Origin: Felis catus
Lineage: Eukaryota
Direction: 5' to 3'
DNA: 64,000 nucleotides
Assembly: GCF_018350175.1 (NCBI RefSeq)
Contig: NC_058383.1
Span: 25,670,001-25,734,000, forward strand
Shown: one piece after another, positions 1 to 13,407 of the stretch
How the letters are laid out: each line of letters begins with the position of its first letter
How positions within the stretch are numbered: position 1 is the stretch's first letter
Notes under the pieces: generated by a model
What the model was told of the DNA's origin: nothing
The model's database searches: none
The model's input: only the letters and a program-made list of their open reading frames with translations
Translations under genes and position numbers: made by a program

Positions 1-497
1 TCTGTTTATTCAACAACTACAGTGGCCTGAACACCCAGACTACATCTTCACTGATATAAAATATTTTGTATTTCTGCAAGGGTTCCCAATACTCTCTCAC
101 ACACACACACACACACGTCTGAAGGAGACCCCAAGCAAAGAACATAGCCTGGCACAAAGGGCAAGGGTTTTAAAGTTTGAGAACCCTGGGTTCAGATCTT
201 GATTCTGCCATTTAGGGGCAGAGTGACCTTAAGTGAGTCATGTGATGTCCCTAAGCCTTAGTTTCCCTATCTGTCAAAGGGAGCTAATACTTCTACCTCG
301 TTCATGGTTATACTGGGAACTAGGAGATGCTAAATCTAAATGTTCCAGCTTGCAATGGGCTCAGCTCATGGTAGGATTTGGTCATTTTACACATTATTTC
401 CCCCAAGACACAGAAGTTTGGGGAGGGGACAGTGGCCATGTGACCAGATTCTCTAATTTCAGTGCATCTAGGATGCTTGTTTAAAATGCAAGAATCG

Positions 498-1565
498 GTG
501 CACCTGGGTGGCTCAGTCGGTTGAGCGTCTGACTTTGGCTCAGGTCATGATCTCACAGTCTGTGAGTTTGAGCCCTGCGACGGGCTCTGTGCTGACAGCT
601 TAGAGCCTGGAGCCTGCTTCAGATTCTGCAGGCTCTCTCTCTCTGCCCCTCCCCCACTTATGCTCTGTCTCTCTGTCAAAACTAAATAAAACATTAAAAA
701 AAAAATTTTTTTTTTAATGCAAGAAACCCCAGGGGTGCCTGGGTGGCTCAACTGGTTAAGTGTCCGACTTCAGCTCAGGTCATGATCTTGCCATTCGTGA
801 GTTCAAGCCCCACATTGGGCTCTGTGCTGACAGCTCAGATCCTGGAGCTTGCTTCAGATTCTGTGTCTCCAACTCTCTCTGCCCCTCCCCTGCTTACACT
901 CTGTCTCTCTCTTTCAAAAAATAAAAATAAAACATTAAAAAAAGGTTTTAACAGGGGTGTCTGGGTGGCTCAGTCAGTTGAGCGTCCGACTTCGGCTCAG
1001 GTCATGATCTCGCAGTTGGTGACTTTGAGCCCCACATCAGGCTCTGTGCTAACAGCTCAGAGCCTGGAACTTGCTTTGGATTCTGTGTCTCCCTCTCTCT
1101 CTGCCCCTCCCCTGCTCACACCCTGTGTGTGTTTGTCTCTCTCTCTCTCAAAAATAAATATTTTAAAAAAAGACAAAAAGAAAAAAACTTTTTAACAAAA
1201 TGCAAGTATCCCCAGCCCCAGGGTTTCTGACTAGGGAGCGGTGGGGCTGAAGGTGTTGCATCTTTTAATAACCAACTGAAGGTTATTAAAGGTTATAACT
1301 TTCAGATAATGAAGGTGTCTGGCTGGCTCAGTTGAAAGAACATGCAAACAACTCTTGACCTCAGGGTCAGGAGTTCAAGTCCCACCCACACTGGGCATAA
1401 AGACGACTTAAATAAATAAACTTTTTTAAAAAGAGAAATAAAGGTGCCTGGCTGGCTCAGTTGAAAGCATGTTTGACTCTTGATCTTGGGGTCATGAGTT
1501 CGAGCCCCACACTGAATGTAGAGATTATTATAAATAAATAAATAAATAAACAAACTTTAAAAAAG
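498..1565 (+). mobile_element. Cluster of five tandem CAN-SINEs
   Basis: Repeated GG(T/C)TGGCTCAG head and A-rich tail units starting near 498, 732, 954, 1312 and 1442. Confidence 0.85.
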
Positions 1566-2115
1566 AAATCAGATGCCATTTCGATTTCAAAAAAAAAAAA
1601 AAAACAACTTTCAGATAATGGTTCTCATCCCTGGTTACACACTGGAAAGGTTGGGCTTCTTTGTTTCAATGCCTGGATCCCACCCCTACAGATTTTGACG
1701 TGTTGGGACCCTTGTGTTACCGGGACATTGATATTTTTTAAAGTTTCCAGATGATTCTAATATGCAGCCAGGGCTGAGAACCCCTGCCAGAAGCCAATGC
1801 TTCTCAGAGTGTGGTCCAGGGACGCATAGCATCAGCAGCACTGGAAACTTTTTAAAAATGCAAATTCTCTATCTTTCCCCAGGCTACTGATTATGAAACT
1901 CTGGAAGTGGGACCCAGCACGCAGTGGTTTGATAAGCCCTTGGGGGGGGGGGGGGGGTGGCGGGTGCGAGAGGGAGATTCTGATGCACACTCAGGTATAA
2001 GAACCCCCACTATAAGGCATGCTATCCCTTAAACTGCATGATGATAAGAATCACTTGAGGTGTGCTTATCACTCACACAGATTCTGAGAGGCTGGAATGG
2101 GGCCTGGGTATGTCC

Positions 2116-2343
2116 TTTTTTTTTTTTTTAATTTTTTTTTCAACGTTTATTTATTTTTGGGACAGAGAGAGACAGAGCATGAACGGGGGAGGGGCAGAGA
2201 GAGAGGGAGACACAGAATCGGAAACAGGATCCAGGCTCTGAGCCATCAGCCCAGAGCCCGACGCGGGGCTCGAACTCACGGACCGCGAGATCGTGACCTG
2301 GCTGAAGTCTGACGCTTAACCGACTGCGCCACCCAGGCGCCCC
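2116..2343 (-). mobile_element. Young felid CAN-SINE
   Basis: CpG-rich near-consensus copy with TSD TGTCCTTTTT. Confidence 0.9.
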
Positions 2344-2624
2344 TGTCCTTTTTTTAACAAATACGCCCTTACTCTCCTGCTCAAACTACCAGAGGCTCTC
2401 AGGGCCCCCGAAATTAAATCCAAAATCCTCTCCTCACGCCGCACCTTCTGAGCCTCAGGCAAGTCAGGGCAACTCTGGTTTAAAGAAACAGCCACTTAGG
2501 TAACTAAAATCCCCCCACCCTCGCCCTCACGCATATCAGCACCACGTCTTCAGTCTCGTGGTTTTCTTTAAACTGTTACAGAGGCTGCACCCAGTTTCTC
2601 TGAAGAGCTTCTCTGGCAAATGCC

Positions 2625-3094
2625 ACAGCCCTCCCATCCCGGGGGGCACATTCGGGACCCCCAGCACACACCTGACCCCGAAGACAGCCCTGAGCACTAT
2701 AAATACTGCGTCTTCTCCATATACACACCTATGAGAAAGTTTACTTTATAAATTGGGCACACTGAGAGATTAACAAAACTATAATAAAATGGAACAATTA
2801 TAACAATACCCTGTAACAAAAGTTGTGGGAATGAGGCCTCTCTCTCAATCCTCTACTCACCCTTCTTGTGACCACGTGAGGTGATGAAATGCTCCCGCGA
2901 TGAGGCGAAGTGAGGTGAGTGACGCAGGCGCTGTGACGTAGGTGCCCTGACGTAAGTGCCGTGACGTAGCGCTAGGCGCCTATTGACCTTCTGCGGATTC
3001 GTCATAAGGAGGATCATCTGTTTCCCGACTGCTTTTGATCCCCGGGGAACTGAAACTGTGGAAAGCGAAGCCGCAGATAAGGGAAGAGGACTAC
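2625..3094. mobile_element. MER44-like (Tigger7-derived) DNA transposon remnant
   Basis: Internal ATGAGAAAGTTTACTTTATAAATTGGGCAC...GAGATTAACA and terminal GAAACTGTGGAAAGCGAAGCCGCAGATAAGGG...GGACTAC match recalled MER44. Confidence 0.75.
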
Positions 3095-5042
3095 AATAAT
3101 TACTACTGCACCCAAACCACTATTATCTCTGCCTCCTGTTTATTTACAAATAACCTCAATCAGGGAATATTAAAATATATCTACATACTGCATCTACATA
3201 TACACACCACATGCACATACATACACATATACAAATACTCGATACTTCCTGGAAACCAGCTCTGCCCCTGTCCTACACACATTCACACCTCTGTCTACCC
3301 ATCTGCATACTCGGTTATCAGAAGCTTTGCTCTTTCCAGCCACCCTAGAGCTTGAGATCTTTGCTGAGATGCTGGAATCCACCATCAGTGGGGAACAGAC
3401 ATCCACGGTCTTCTACCCAACAGCAATCCCCTTTTTCCCTGCAAACAACTCCCCACTTTTGCACAGGGATCAAGTGGCCAAGCACTCAAGAAAGGTGCCC
3501 CATCTCCAGGAGATACTTCTAAGCTAAGGGGTCACACTTTCAGTCCCAGTAGCTCCCTTTTTTTTTTTTTTTTTTTTTTTGTTTTTGTTTTTGTTTTTGT
3601 TTTTGTTTTTGTTTTAGTTTTATTTCTTTTGAGAGAGAAAGCACAAGTGCGAGCAGGGGAGAGGCAGAGTGAGAGGGAGAGAGAATCCCAAGCAGGGATT
3701 CTCAGGGCTCAAACTCACGAACCCACCGTGAGTTCATGACCTGAGCTGAAATCAAGAGATGGACACTTAAGCGACTCAGCCAGCCAGGGACTCCAGCTCC
3801 TTTTTTATAATAAAAATGTTTGTAATCCCCCCATTACTCTTCCTAAAGGGAAATTCAACACATTGGTTTTTTTGTACATATTTTTTTGTTGTTAAATCGA
3901 TGTAATGACCTGATTGTAATATAAAGAAAAAATAATAAAAGGATATGTATAATAGAAATAATAGGCATTTTAATATATCAATGCTTAGACACCATGACAC
4001 AAAAAACATAAGAATGAAGCAGCCAGATACTTATAGCTAGACTTAACTAGAAAAGCAACAGCCATGTAAACACGGACAGGCATTGGACCCTGTTGATGGT
4101 CCCTTAAACACCACTAGCAGGTTGCCACCAGTGATGTGTGTCCCTGAAATAGACAAGGAGCAACTCTTGTCAACATTCTCAACAAAACAAAGTACAGACT
4201 TCCTTTGTTACAGTCTATAGCTGCATCCCTGGAAAAGTTGGTCTATATTAAAACCCTCAAAGCAAGTTGTGTTTATATGAAAGTGGAATTCAGTTCTTGG
4301 CTCAGATGATTATAATGAATGTCTAGTAGAGATAATCATCACTGGAGGAACTGACCTGTACATTGCAGGATATGTAACATTGACCGCCAACACTCTAAAT
4401 GCCCCGTCACCCTCTGATCGTTGTGACAACAAAAATGTCCTCATATATTTCCAAAGTCACCCTCTGTGATCGGTTCCATTCCTGTGGAAAACTGCAGGTT
4501 CAGACAAGGAGATGACCCTCTTGCTCCTTTCCTCCCACCCTTTCTGTTTTGAAAGCTGTTGTATTAGGACATAATGCTTGGAGCTTTGGCAGTCATTTTG
4601 AGACTATGCAGTAAAGACTGAGACTTCACAGAGGTACCACCCTAGTGCCTAGCAATCATTGAGTCACTTCCCCAACTCTCTGCCTACCCACAGACTTCAA
4701 TTATATAAATTAATCAAATGCCCTTATTGTTTAAGCCTTATTATTTGAATCTTTTTTCACTTGCAGTGGAACTAATGTTTACTGAGAGAGGTAGGACCAA
4801 AGGCACCAGTGTGGGTGGGTAGAACAAATTTAAAAGATCCAGGCCTCAGGGCGCCTGGGTGGCTCAGTCAGTTGGGCATCGACTTTGGCTCAGGTCATGA
4901 TCTTGCAATCTGTGAGTTCAAGCCCCAAGCTGGGCTCTGCGCTGACAGCTCAGAGCCTGGAGCCTGCTTCAGATTCTTCAGATTCTGTCTCCCTCTCTCT
5001 CTGCCCCTCCCCAGCTTGCACTCTGTCTCTCTGTCTCTCAAA

Positions 5043-5090
5043 AATAATGATGATGATGATGATGATGATGATGATAATAATAATAATAAA
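5043..5090. repeat. (GAT)n(AAT)n microsatellite in a SINE tail
   Basis: Direct reading. Confidence 0.9.
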
Positions 5091-6639
5091 GATCCAGGCC
5101 ATAATATGATTTGATTCTTAGAGATTTAAATACTCTCAGCAAAAACAAACAAACACACAAACAAACAAAAAAACCTGATTCCTATTTATAAGATGAATAA
5201 GTTCCAGGGATGTAATGTACAGCATGGTGGCTATAGTTACCTATATTGTATATTTGAAAGTTGCTAAGAAAGTAGATTTTCAAAGTTCTCACCACACCAC
5301 AAAAAAACTGTAACTATGTGAGGTGATTGACCTCATTATGGTCCAACCTTATTATATTATATGGACCAACCTTATTATGTAATCATTTTGTAATATATAC
5401 ATATAGCAAATCATTACATTGTATATCTTAAACTTGCAAAATGTTCTATGTCAATTGTGTCTCAATAAATTTGTGGGTTGTAGGGGAATGTGTGGAGGGA
5501 GGAGTGTGGTGAGTTCCCCAAAATTTTTTTAAAAGTTAAATCTTGAGAAATTCCTCTTGAGAAAAAAATTTGAATTTTGCTTTTTCTTTTTTTAATGTTT
5601 ATTTATTTTTGAGAGAGAGAGACAGAGTGTGAGCGAGCAGGGGAGGGGCAGAGAGAGAGGGAGATACAGAATCCAAAGCAGGCTCCAGGCTCTGAGCTGT
5701 CAGCACAGAGCCCAACTCAGGACTTGAACTCACGAGCTCACATAACCTGAGCTGAAGTCAGACGCTTAACTGACTGAGCCACCCAGGTAAACCTAGATTT
5801 TGGCTGTGGGAATAGATTCAACAAGACAGCAAATGTTGATAACCCTTGAAGCTGGGCAATGAATATACTACCTACATATATACTTTATATAATTGTGAAA
5901 ATTATACTTTAAAAGTGAAAATAAATAAAAATTTTAAAGATTCATTGTTTATTTTTTTTATTTTATCTTATTTTTAGTGTTTATCTATTTGGGGGTGTGG
6001 GGCAGGGAGAGAGGGAGACATAGAATCTGAAGCAGGCTCCAGGCTCTGAGTTGTCAGCACAGAGCCTGATGCAGGGCCCAAACCCATGAATCAAGAGATC
6101 ATGACCTCAGCCAAAGTCAGACACTTAACTGACTGAGCCACTCAGGCGACCCAGTTCATTGTGTTGTTGTTTTTTTAATAAAAAATTTGGTTCACTTCTC
6201 TCCTGAAGCCAGGCTATAGTCTTATTTTGTTTTTTTTAGAAGAATTGGAGACTATCTATGAGGGTGAATGGTCAGAATTTGTATCACACAATGGGTCCCT
6301 GTAGATTTTATCATCCCAGGGGTACAAATTAGGAAAGCTGAGAGACATTATAGCACAGTGGCTGAGCCCAGTGTCTTTAACATCCTAAAGTTCAGGCTCT
6401 GCTATTTATCACTTGTGCCACCTTAAGCAAGTTACGAACCTCTCTCAGCCTTGACCCCTGCTATAAAGTGGGTTTAGCAAGAATGCCCACCCATTGGATG
6501 GTTGTGAGACACGAATGAAATAACAGACATACTTAAGAAACAGTAGCTGCTGTGGTTATTATTTTATCTTTATTTCTAGTCTAAAGCCTGGATTTTCAGC
6601 CTTCCCTTGCCCAACTAGGGAAATGACCAGTGTTCCCAA

Positions 6640-7010
6640 ACTTTTTATTTTTTTTACATTTATTCATTTTTGAGAGAGAGAGACAGAGCACAAGCAGGGG
6701 AGGGGCAGAGAGAGAGGGAGACACAGAATCTGAAGCAGGCTCCAGGCTCTGAGCTGTCAGCACAGAGCCCGACACGGAGCTTGAACTCACAAACCACGAG
6801 ATCATGACCTGAGCCGGTCGGACGCTTAACCGACTGAGCCACCCAGGCGCCCCAAAATAAACAATTTTTTAAAGTGCACCCCCGGGGTCCATGGGTGGCT
6901 CAGTCAGTTAAGCGTCCAACTTGGGCTCAGGTCATGATCTCCCAGTTCATGGGTTCAAGTCCTGCATCAGGCTCTGTGCTGACAGCTGGGAGCCTGGAGC
7001 CTCCTTCAGA

Positions 7011-7061
<51 letters not shown>

Positions 7062-7110
7062 TGCCCCTCCCCTGCTCACACTCTCTATCAAAAATAAATA
7101 AACATTATAA
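6640..7110. mobile_element. Head-to-head pair of CAN-SINEs (6640-6853 minus, 6884-7110 plus; the second carries a (TG)n expansion)
   Basis: SINE heads about 30 bp apart in opposite orientation. Confidence 0.85.
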
Positions 7111-9286
7111 AAAGTTTTCCCAACACAGGTATTGAGGGGTCAAAATAAGATATCATCCCCAAGACTAGTCCACATTTGATCTCTACACACAGGTACCACC
7201 CCATTATTTATTCCCATTTTACAGATAGGAAAACTAAGTCCCAAGGTCTACCCCAGCAGCAGACAAAGACCACCTTTCTGACTCCACCACTAACTCAATC
7301 TGTGTCCCAAGCCTGGGGAAGAAGGTGGGGTGGCACAGCGGGCCAGAACTGGTCCAGAGATCAGAAAGTACAGTTCTGGCACGACTCAGCTGTGTGATGT
7401 TGAGTCACTCACTTCCCCTCTCTAAGCCCCTAGTTCCTCATCCCAGTCGCAAACTCTCCATCTGTGATCATCTCATCAGCCCCTGGTGGGAAACCCCCAC
7501 TCTAACAGTCTGAGTCCTGGTTCCCCATTCCTCACCCTCACCTTCAGAGAGTGGAGACACAAAGGGCTATAAAACACAAAGAAGTCTGCTCTTTGGAGCC
7601 AAAAGTTGCTGTCCTTTCAAGGACAAAGAGAAACGGACCTGCATTAACCGCTTACTGACCTGCATTAACCGCTTACTGAACTCGCCGGAGCTGGGTGAGG
7701 AGCCATGACTACGGGAGGCACTGCCACCCTGTGGCCACTGGGCTCCACAGCAGGCCACCTCCATGGGCTTGCAAGGGTAAGTCCGCCATCAGCTCAGAGG
7801 CTGTGACATTCAAAAGGAGGGGAGGAAGGCACAGTTGGGCTTTGGTGGGTGTCAAAAACCAACGAACCCTAGGGGAGAGAGAGGGCAACATGGCAACTGG
7901 GAAGCACAAAGGCTGTTCCCTCACTTGGAATGTTTTTCCCCAGATACAGACATTGCTCCCTGTCTCAGCTCTCCAAGCCTGGCTCACATGTGCCCTTCTC
8001 TTACCTCCCTATTTAAAATACAATCTTGGGGCACCTGGGTGGCTCAGTCTGTTAAGCGTCCAACTTCAGCTCAGGTCATGATCTCATGGTTCATGAGTTC
8101 AAGCCCCACATTGGGCTCTGTGCTGATGGCTCAGAGCCTCGGGCCTGCTTCAGATTCTGTGGCTCCCCCTTTCTCCACCCCTTCCCTGCTCACAGTCATG
8201 CTCTCTCTCTCTCAAAAATAAAAAAACATTAAAAAAAATTTTTTTTAAATACAATGCAGGGGCACCAGAGTGGCTCAGTCAGTTAAACACCTGACTCTTG
8301 ATTTCCACTCAGGTCATGATCTCATTATTCATGAGATCAAGCCCCATGTGGGGCTCTGCACTGACAGCAGATCCTGCTTGGGATTCTCTCTCTCCCTCTC
8401 TCTCAAAATAAATAAACAAAATGTAATACCTGCAACTCTCTCCCCTTGTACTCCATATTTTCCCCAAAGTACTCATCTCTATCTGAAGGTCTACATGTCT
8501 TACTACCTTAGTATCTTAGACCATTGCCTCTCCCCTGACTACAATGTTAGTCTTTTTTTTAATGTTTATTTATTATTTAGAGAGAGAGAGAGAAGGAGAG
8601 AGAGACAGAGCATGAGTGGGGAAGGAGCAGAGAGAGAGGGAGACACAGAATCCGAAGCAGGCTCCAGGCTCTGAGCTGTCAACACAGAGCTCGATGAAGG
8701 GCTCGAACCCACAAACAGTGAGATCATGACCTGAGCCAAAGTTGGATGCTTAACGAACTGAGCCACCCAGGTGCCCCTACAATGTCAGTCTTAACAGGAC
8801 AGTAATTTTTGTCTGTCCTACTCACTGCTATATCCCCAGCAACTAGGATATTGCCTGGCCCATATCCCATTTATGTATTAAGTGAATGGGTGAATGAATG
8901 GACTGGTTCATTGCCTTGGGCATGTGCCTAAGGCTCTCTGAGCCTCAGTTTCTTCAACTGTAAAAAAGGGGTAAGAAACAACCCCTTCGTGGGGCGCCTA
9001 GTGGCTCAGTCGGTTAAGTGTCCGACTTCAGCTCAGGTCCTGATCTCACACTCCATGAGTTCAAGCCCCGCGTTGGGCTCTGTGCTGACAGCTCGGAGCC
9101 TAGAGCCTGCTTCAGATTCTGTGCTTCCCCTCTCTCTGCCCGTCCCCTGCTCATATTCTGTCTCTCTCTGTCTCAAAAATAAAAAAATTTTTTAAAATTA
9201 AAAAAAAAAAGAAAAGAAACAACCCTTTCGTTATCTTCCTCTCAGGGCTACAGTGAAGAACAAATTAGTTCTTATTCGGTGGCTTC

Positions 9287-10192
9287 TGCAGTAGGGTGAA
9301 TAGTGTCCCTCAAAAATTCACATCCACTTAGAACCTCAGAATGAGATCTTCTTTGGAAATATGGCCTTTGTAGATGCAATTAGTTATATGAGGTCACAGT
9401 GGATTAGGATGGGCTCTAAATTCAATAAGTGGTGTCCTGGGGCGCCTGGGTGGCTCAGTTGGTTAAGCGTCCAACTTCAGCTCAGGTCATGATCTCACAG
9501 TTCGTGAGTTCGGGCCCTGCGTCAGGCTCTGTGCTGACAGCTCAGAGCCTGGAGCCTTCTTCAGAGTCTGTGTCTCCCTCTCTCTCTGCCCCTCCCCTGC
9601 TCATGCTCTGTCTCTCTCTGTCTCAAAAATAAATAAAAACATTAAAAATAATAATAAGTGGTGTCCTTACATGATGAGGAAAGGACACAGAGAGACACAC
9701 AGGCACAGAGAAGAAGGCCATGTGAAGATGGAGCAGAGGTTGGAATTACAACACCAAGAGCTAAGGAGCACCTTGGGGCCACCAGAAACTGGAAGAGACG
9801 AAGAAGAATTGTTCCCTTTATTTTTTTTGTTTTATTTAAAAGGCTTTAAGTTTATTCATTTATTTTGAGAGAGAGAGAGTATGCGCAGAGAAGGGGCAGA
9901 GAGAGATGGAGAGAGAATCCCAAGCAGGCTCTGCACTGTCAGCGCAGAGCCCAACACAGGGCTCGATTTCACAAACTGTGAGATCATGACCTAAGCCGAA
10001 ACCAAAAGTCAGATGCTCTACCGACTGAGCCACCCAGGAGCCCCAGGACTCTTCCCTTTAGAGGGAGCACAGCTTTGCTGACACCTTGATTTTGGACCTC
10101 TAACCTCCAGAACTGTGAGACAAAAAATTTCTGCTGTTTTAAGCCACCTAGTTCATGACATTTTGTTACAGCAGCCACAGGAAATTTGTACA
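9287..10192 (+). mobile_element. MLT1 (MaLR) LTR interrupted by two SINEs
   Basis: GAATAGTGTCCCTCAAAATTCACATCC...GAACCTCAGAATG...GAAGGCCATGTGAAGATGGAG...CCTCCAGAACTGTGAGA...TTTGTTACAGCAGCC. Confidence 0.75.
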
Positions 10193-10750
10193 GGTTACTA
10201 TTTAAAACACCGGAATTACACACATATCCTGTTCAAAGCACTGGTCAGCACAGATCCCCTATGACAGTATTTCTCTCCACACTCCAGCCACCCTTTCCTG
10301 CTTTCTGTTTCCCAAACACATGAAAATCATGCCCACCTCAGGCCCTTTGCACTTGCTGTTTCTACTATGTGAACCTCACTTCCTTCTCATCTTCCACCTG
10401 TGGCTCCTTGTCATGTTTCAGGTCTCTGCTCACAGAGACCTTCTCTGACCACTTTATCCATTCCTATCATCTCATTTTACTTTATTTTCTTCATAGCACT
10501 GATCAATCTCAAGTTATCTCAATTATTTTATTTGCTTGCTTATTTTTTGTCTGTAAAGAAGGTAAGCTCCCTGGGATCAAGAACCACTCCCATCTCCAAT
10601 GCCTAGAATGGTGGTTGGCAAGTAAGAAGTGCCTGTTGTATCAGTGAGTCTTACAGGTAATAATATTTATAACCATTATTATTGCCCCTATTTTAGAGAT
10701 GAGAAAACTGAGACACAGAGTTCTGTAACTTGTCCGAGGTCACAGACCTA

Positions 10751-11170
10751 TGTATTAGCTTCCTAGGACTGCCATAACAAAGCATCACAAACTGGGTGAT
10801 TTAAACAACAGAAGTTCATTGTCTCACTGTTCTGGGGCCTGGAAATCCAAGATCAAAGTGTTGGCAGGAATTATGTCTTCTAAAGGCTGTGAGAGACCAG
10901 TATGTTCCAGGGCTCTCTCCTTTGCTTATAGATGGCTCTCTTTTCTCAGTATCTCTTCATATTGTCTTCCCTCTGTGCTTGTCTGTGTACAAATTTCTCC
11001 TTTTTATAAGGACACCAGTCATTCTGGATTAGGGCCCACCCTAATGACCTCACTCAATTTGATTACCTCTATAAAGACCTTATCTTCAAATAGGTCACAT
11101 TCTGAGCTCCTGGGGGTTAGGACTTCAACATAGGAATTTGGGGGGAGGGGAGGACACATTTCAACCCCCA
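10751..11170 (-). mobile_element. MLT1 (MaLR) LTR
   Basis: TGTATTAGCTTCCTAGGACTGCCATAACAAAG...AAGGACACCAGTCATTCTGGATTAGGGCCCACCCTAATGACCTC...GGTTAGGACTTCAACATA. Confidence 0.75.
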
Positions 11171-11417
11171 AGAAGCTAGTATGTAGCAGAGGCAGGATTC
11201 AAACCCACATCCATCTGACATGACATCACTGAAACAGAGATTGAGGTGACCATAGTGGACTATGACATTGGTGTCCTCTGTTGGGCTCCTCCTCCTGATA
11301 TCACACCCTTGTGCAGTGTCCTCCCACTCTGAATTGACCTGACCACATGACTTGCTTCAGCCAATGGGACATTAGCAAGTATGAAGCTCTTAGAGGCTTA
11401 CATTAAGACTTGTCCTT

Positions 11418-11649
11418 GGGGCGCCTGGGTGGCACAATCGGTTAAGCGTCCGACTTCAGCCAGGTCACGATCTCACGGTCCGTGAGTTCGAGCCCCGCGT
11501 CGGGCTCCGGGCTGATGGCTCGGAGCCTGGAGCCTGTTTCCGATTCTGTGTCTCCCTCTCTCTCTGCCCCTCTCCTGTTCATGCTCTGTCTCTCTCTGTC
11601 CCAAAAAAAATAAATAAACGTTGAAAAAAAAATTAAAAAAAAAAAAAAA
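11418..11649 (+). mobile_element. Young felid CAN-SINE immediately 5' of an older SINE
   Basis: Perfect TSD AAGACTTGTCCTT at 11405-11417 and 11650-11662. Confidence 0.92.
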
Positions 11650-12489
11650 AAGACTTGTCCTTGGGGCGCCTGGGTGGATCAGTCACTTAAGCCTCCGATT
11701 CTCGTGAGATTGAGCCCTGCATCAAGCCTGCTTAAGATTCTCTCTCTCTCTCTCTCAAAAATAAATAAACATTAAAAAAAGTGTGTTTTTGTTGTGTCTC
11801 AGACCCCAGAGATCCACGGGTCTCGGGGGAGCCCTGAGTAGTGCAGGGCTGTCAATCCATAAAGCTGTTAGGGGTACTCTGACTTCTCCCACTCGATCCT
11901 ACCTACTCATTTATAACAAAGCCAAAAGCCTGGGACATGCCAAAGATACTGTCAAAATAAAATTAAAGAAAAAAAGAGATGTCAGGCCAAAGCCAAATGC
12001 AACAGGACAAAGAGAGACATCTCCCCCAAGTGGGGATTGCAGGAAATGCCTCCCGAGAGAAAGGAGTTCTCTGAATGAGAACCTGAGAGGTAGACAACAG
12101 TCTGGATCTAGACCAGGGATGCAAACTCAGTGCCTCCTGGGGCAGGCAGGGGATAGACATGGGGAGGCATGCTGCATGGGGACCAGGACAGCCACCGCTC
12201 AGCTGCAACTCCGGGCTCTGCAGAAGGTGGGGTCTTGGCTCCCAGAGGGGAAACATCCCCACCAGGGGACACAGCAAATATCCCATTAAATTTCAAACTG
12301 CAGCTGCCATCTGGTCTCTCTGGGCTCCTCCTGGCTCAAGATGAGCAGGCCAAGAAAGAAGCCACTGTCCTGGCAGGAAGAATGGCCTTGATCAGTGGGA
12401 GAAGACAGGGCTGCCTTCCCACAAAGGGGTCAGAAAGACGATTCACACTCAGATGATTCCACCTGGGCATCTCTTGCCTGCTTCTGGCA

Positions 12490-12872
12490 GTGTCTTAACT
12501 TGACTATACCAAAGTACCACAGAGTAGGTGGCTGATAAGCAACAGAAATGTATTTCTCACAGTTCTGGAGCCTGGAAGTCCAAGATTCGGGCGCCAGCGA
12601 GATCAGGTTCTAGGTGAAGATCCTCTTCCATATTGCAAACTGCCAACTTCTCCTTGTGTCCTCACTTGGTGGAAAGAGGGAGCTCTCTGGGATCCCCTTT
12701 AGAAGGACACTATTCCCATCAAGACTGCTTAACTTTAATGATCTAATCAACTCCCAAAGACCCCCCCCCCCCAACACACACACACACCTCCAAATACTAT
12801 CACAGTGGGGGTTAGGATTTCAACATATGAATTGGAGTGGGGGTAGGGGACACAAACATTCAGCCCATTGCA
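12490..12872 (-). mobile_element. MLT1A-like LTR
   Basis: GTATTTCTCACAGTTCTGGAG...GAAGTCCAAGAT...GGGGTTAGGATTTCAACATATGAATT...CACAAACATTCAG. Confidence 0.7.
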
Positions 12873-13023
12873 CTTGGGAAGGGTCAACTGCATCAGCCAC
12901 AGCCTTGAATAGTGCAAGGAGACCAGGTGTTCAAGAGTCTTGAGGATGAAGATCTTGGTCAGTCCCAGGTAAACCACTGAGGCAGGCAGGCAATACAACC
13001 AAGGGCAAGGGGTCAGAGCCAAC

Positions 13024-13407
13024 GGCCAAGAAAGAATTTTTAAAGACAGCTTTGGTGCAAAAAGGTGATTTTATGAAAGCACGAGGATAGAACCCATGGG
13101 CAGAAAGTGGTGCCCGGGCACCATGAGGACAGACTGGTTGTATACTATGGAGCTGGGGGGCAGTAAAGTCCAGGGGAAGTTTCCAGTGAGATTTTCATAC
13201 GCTAAAGAAGACTCCCAGGGTACTGGAGGCCTAGCTCTTGTCAAGCTAGGGTTGTTTGCCCTCTAGCAAAGCATTAGCATTAAGACACTAGGAAGTTCCT
13301 GGAGAAACATTTTACTCTGCTGGCCTCAAGTATCTATCAGTGGGCTGCAGGTTGTAAGGAAATTTAATTTTATCTGCCATTTCCTTCTGCCTTTGTTTCC
13401 CACATCA
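13024..13407 (-). mobile_element. ERV solo LTR copy A (carnivore ERV1-like; 3' terminus eroded or deleted)
   Basis: Reverse complement of 14815-15433; begins TGATGTGGGAAAC on the minus strand at 13407. Confidence 0.85.

Noticed and set aside
5332..5380. Duplicated ATGG(T/A)CCAACCTTATTAT
   Set aside because: Small slippage duplication inside an old L1 3' UTR; no sign of function.
2920..7677. Short direct repeats (14-bp array, 21-bp duplication) as CRISPR-like arrays
   Set aside because: Mammalian DNA, no unique spacers, no cas genes.
12940..13023. 3' end and second TSD of LTR A
   Set aside because: No CATCA terminus or GGGAG-matching flank found, so the reciprocal TSD test for the inversion is unavailable.
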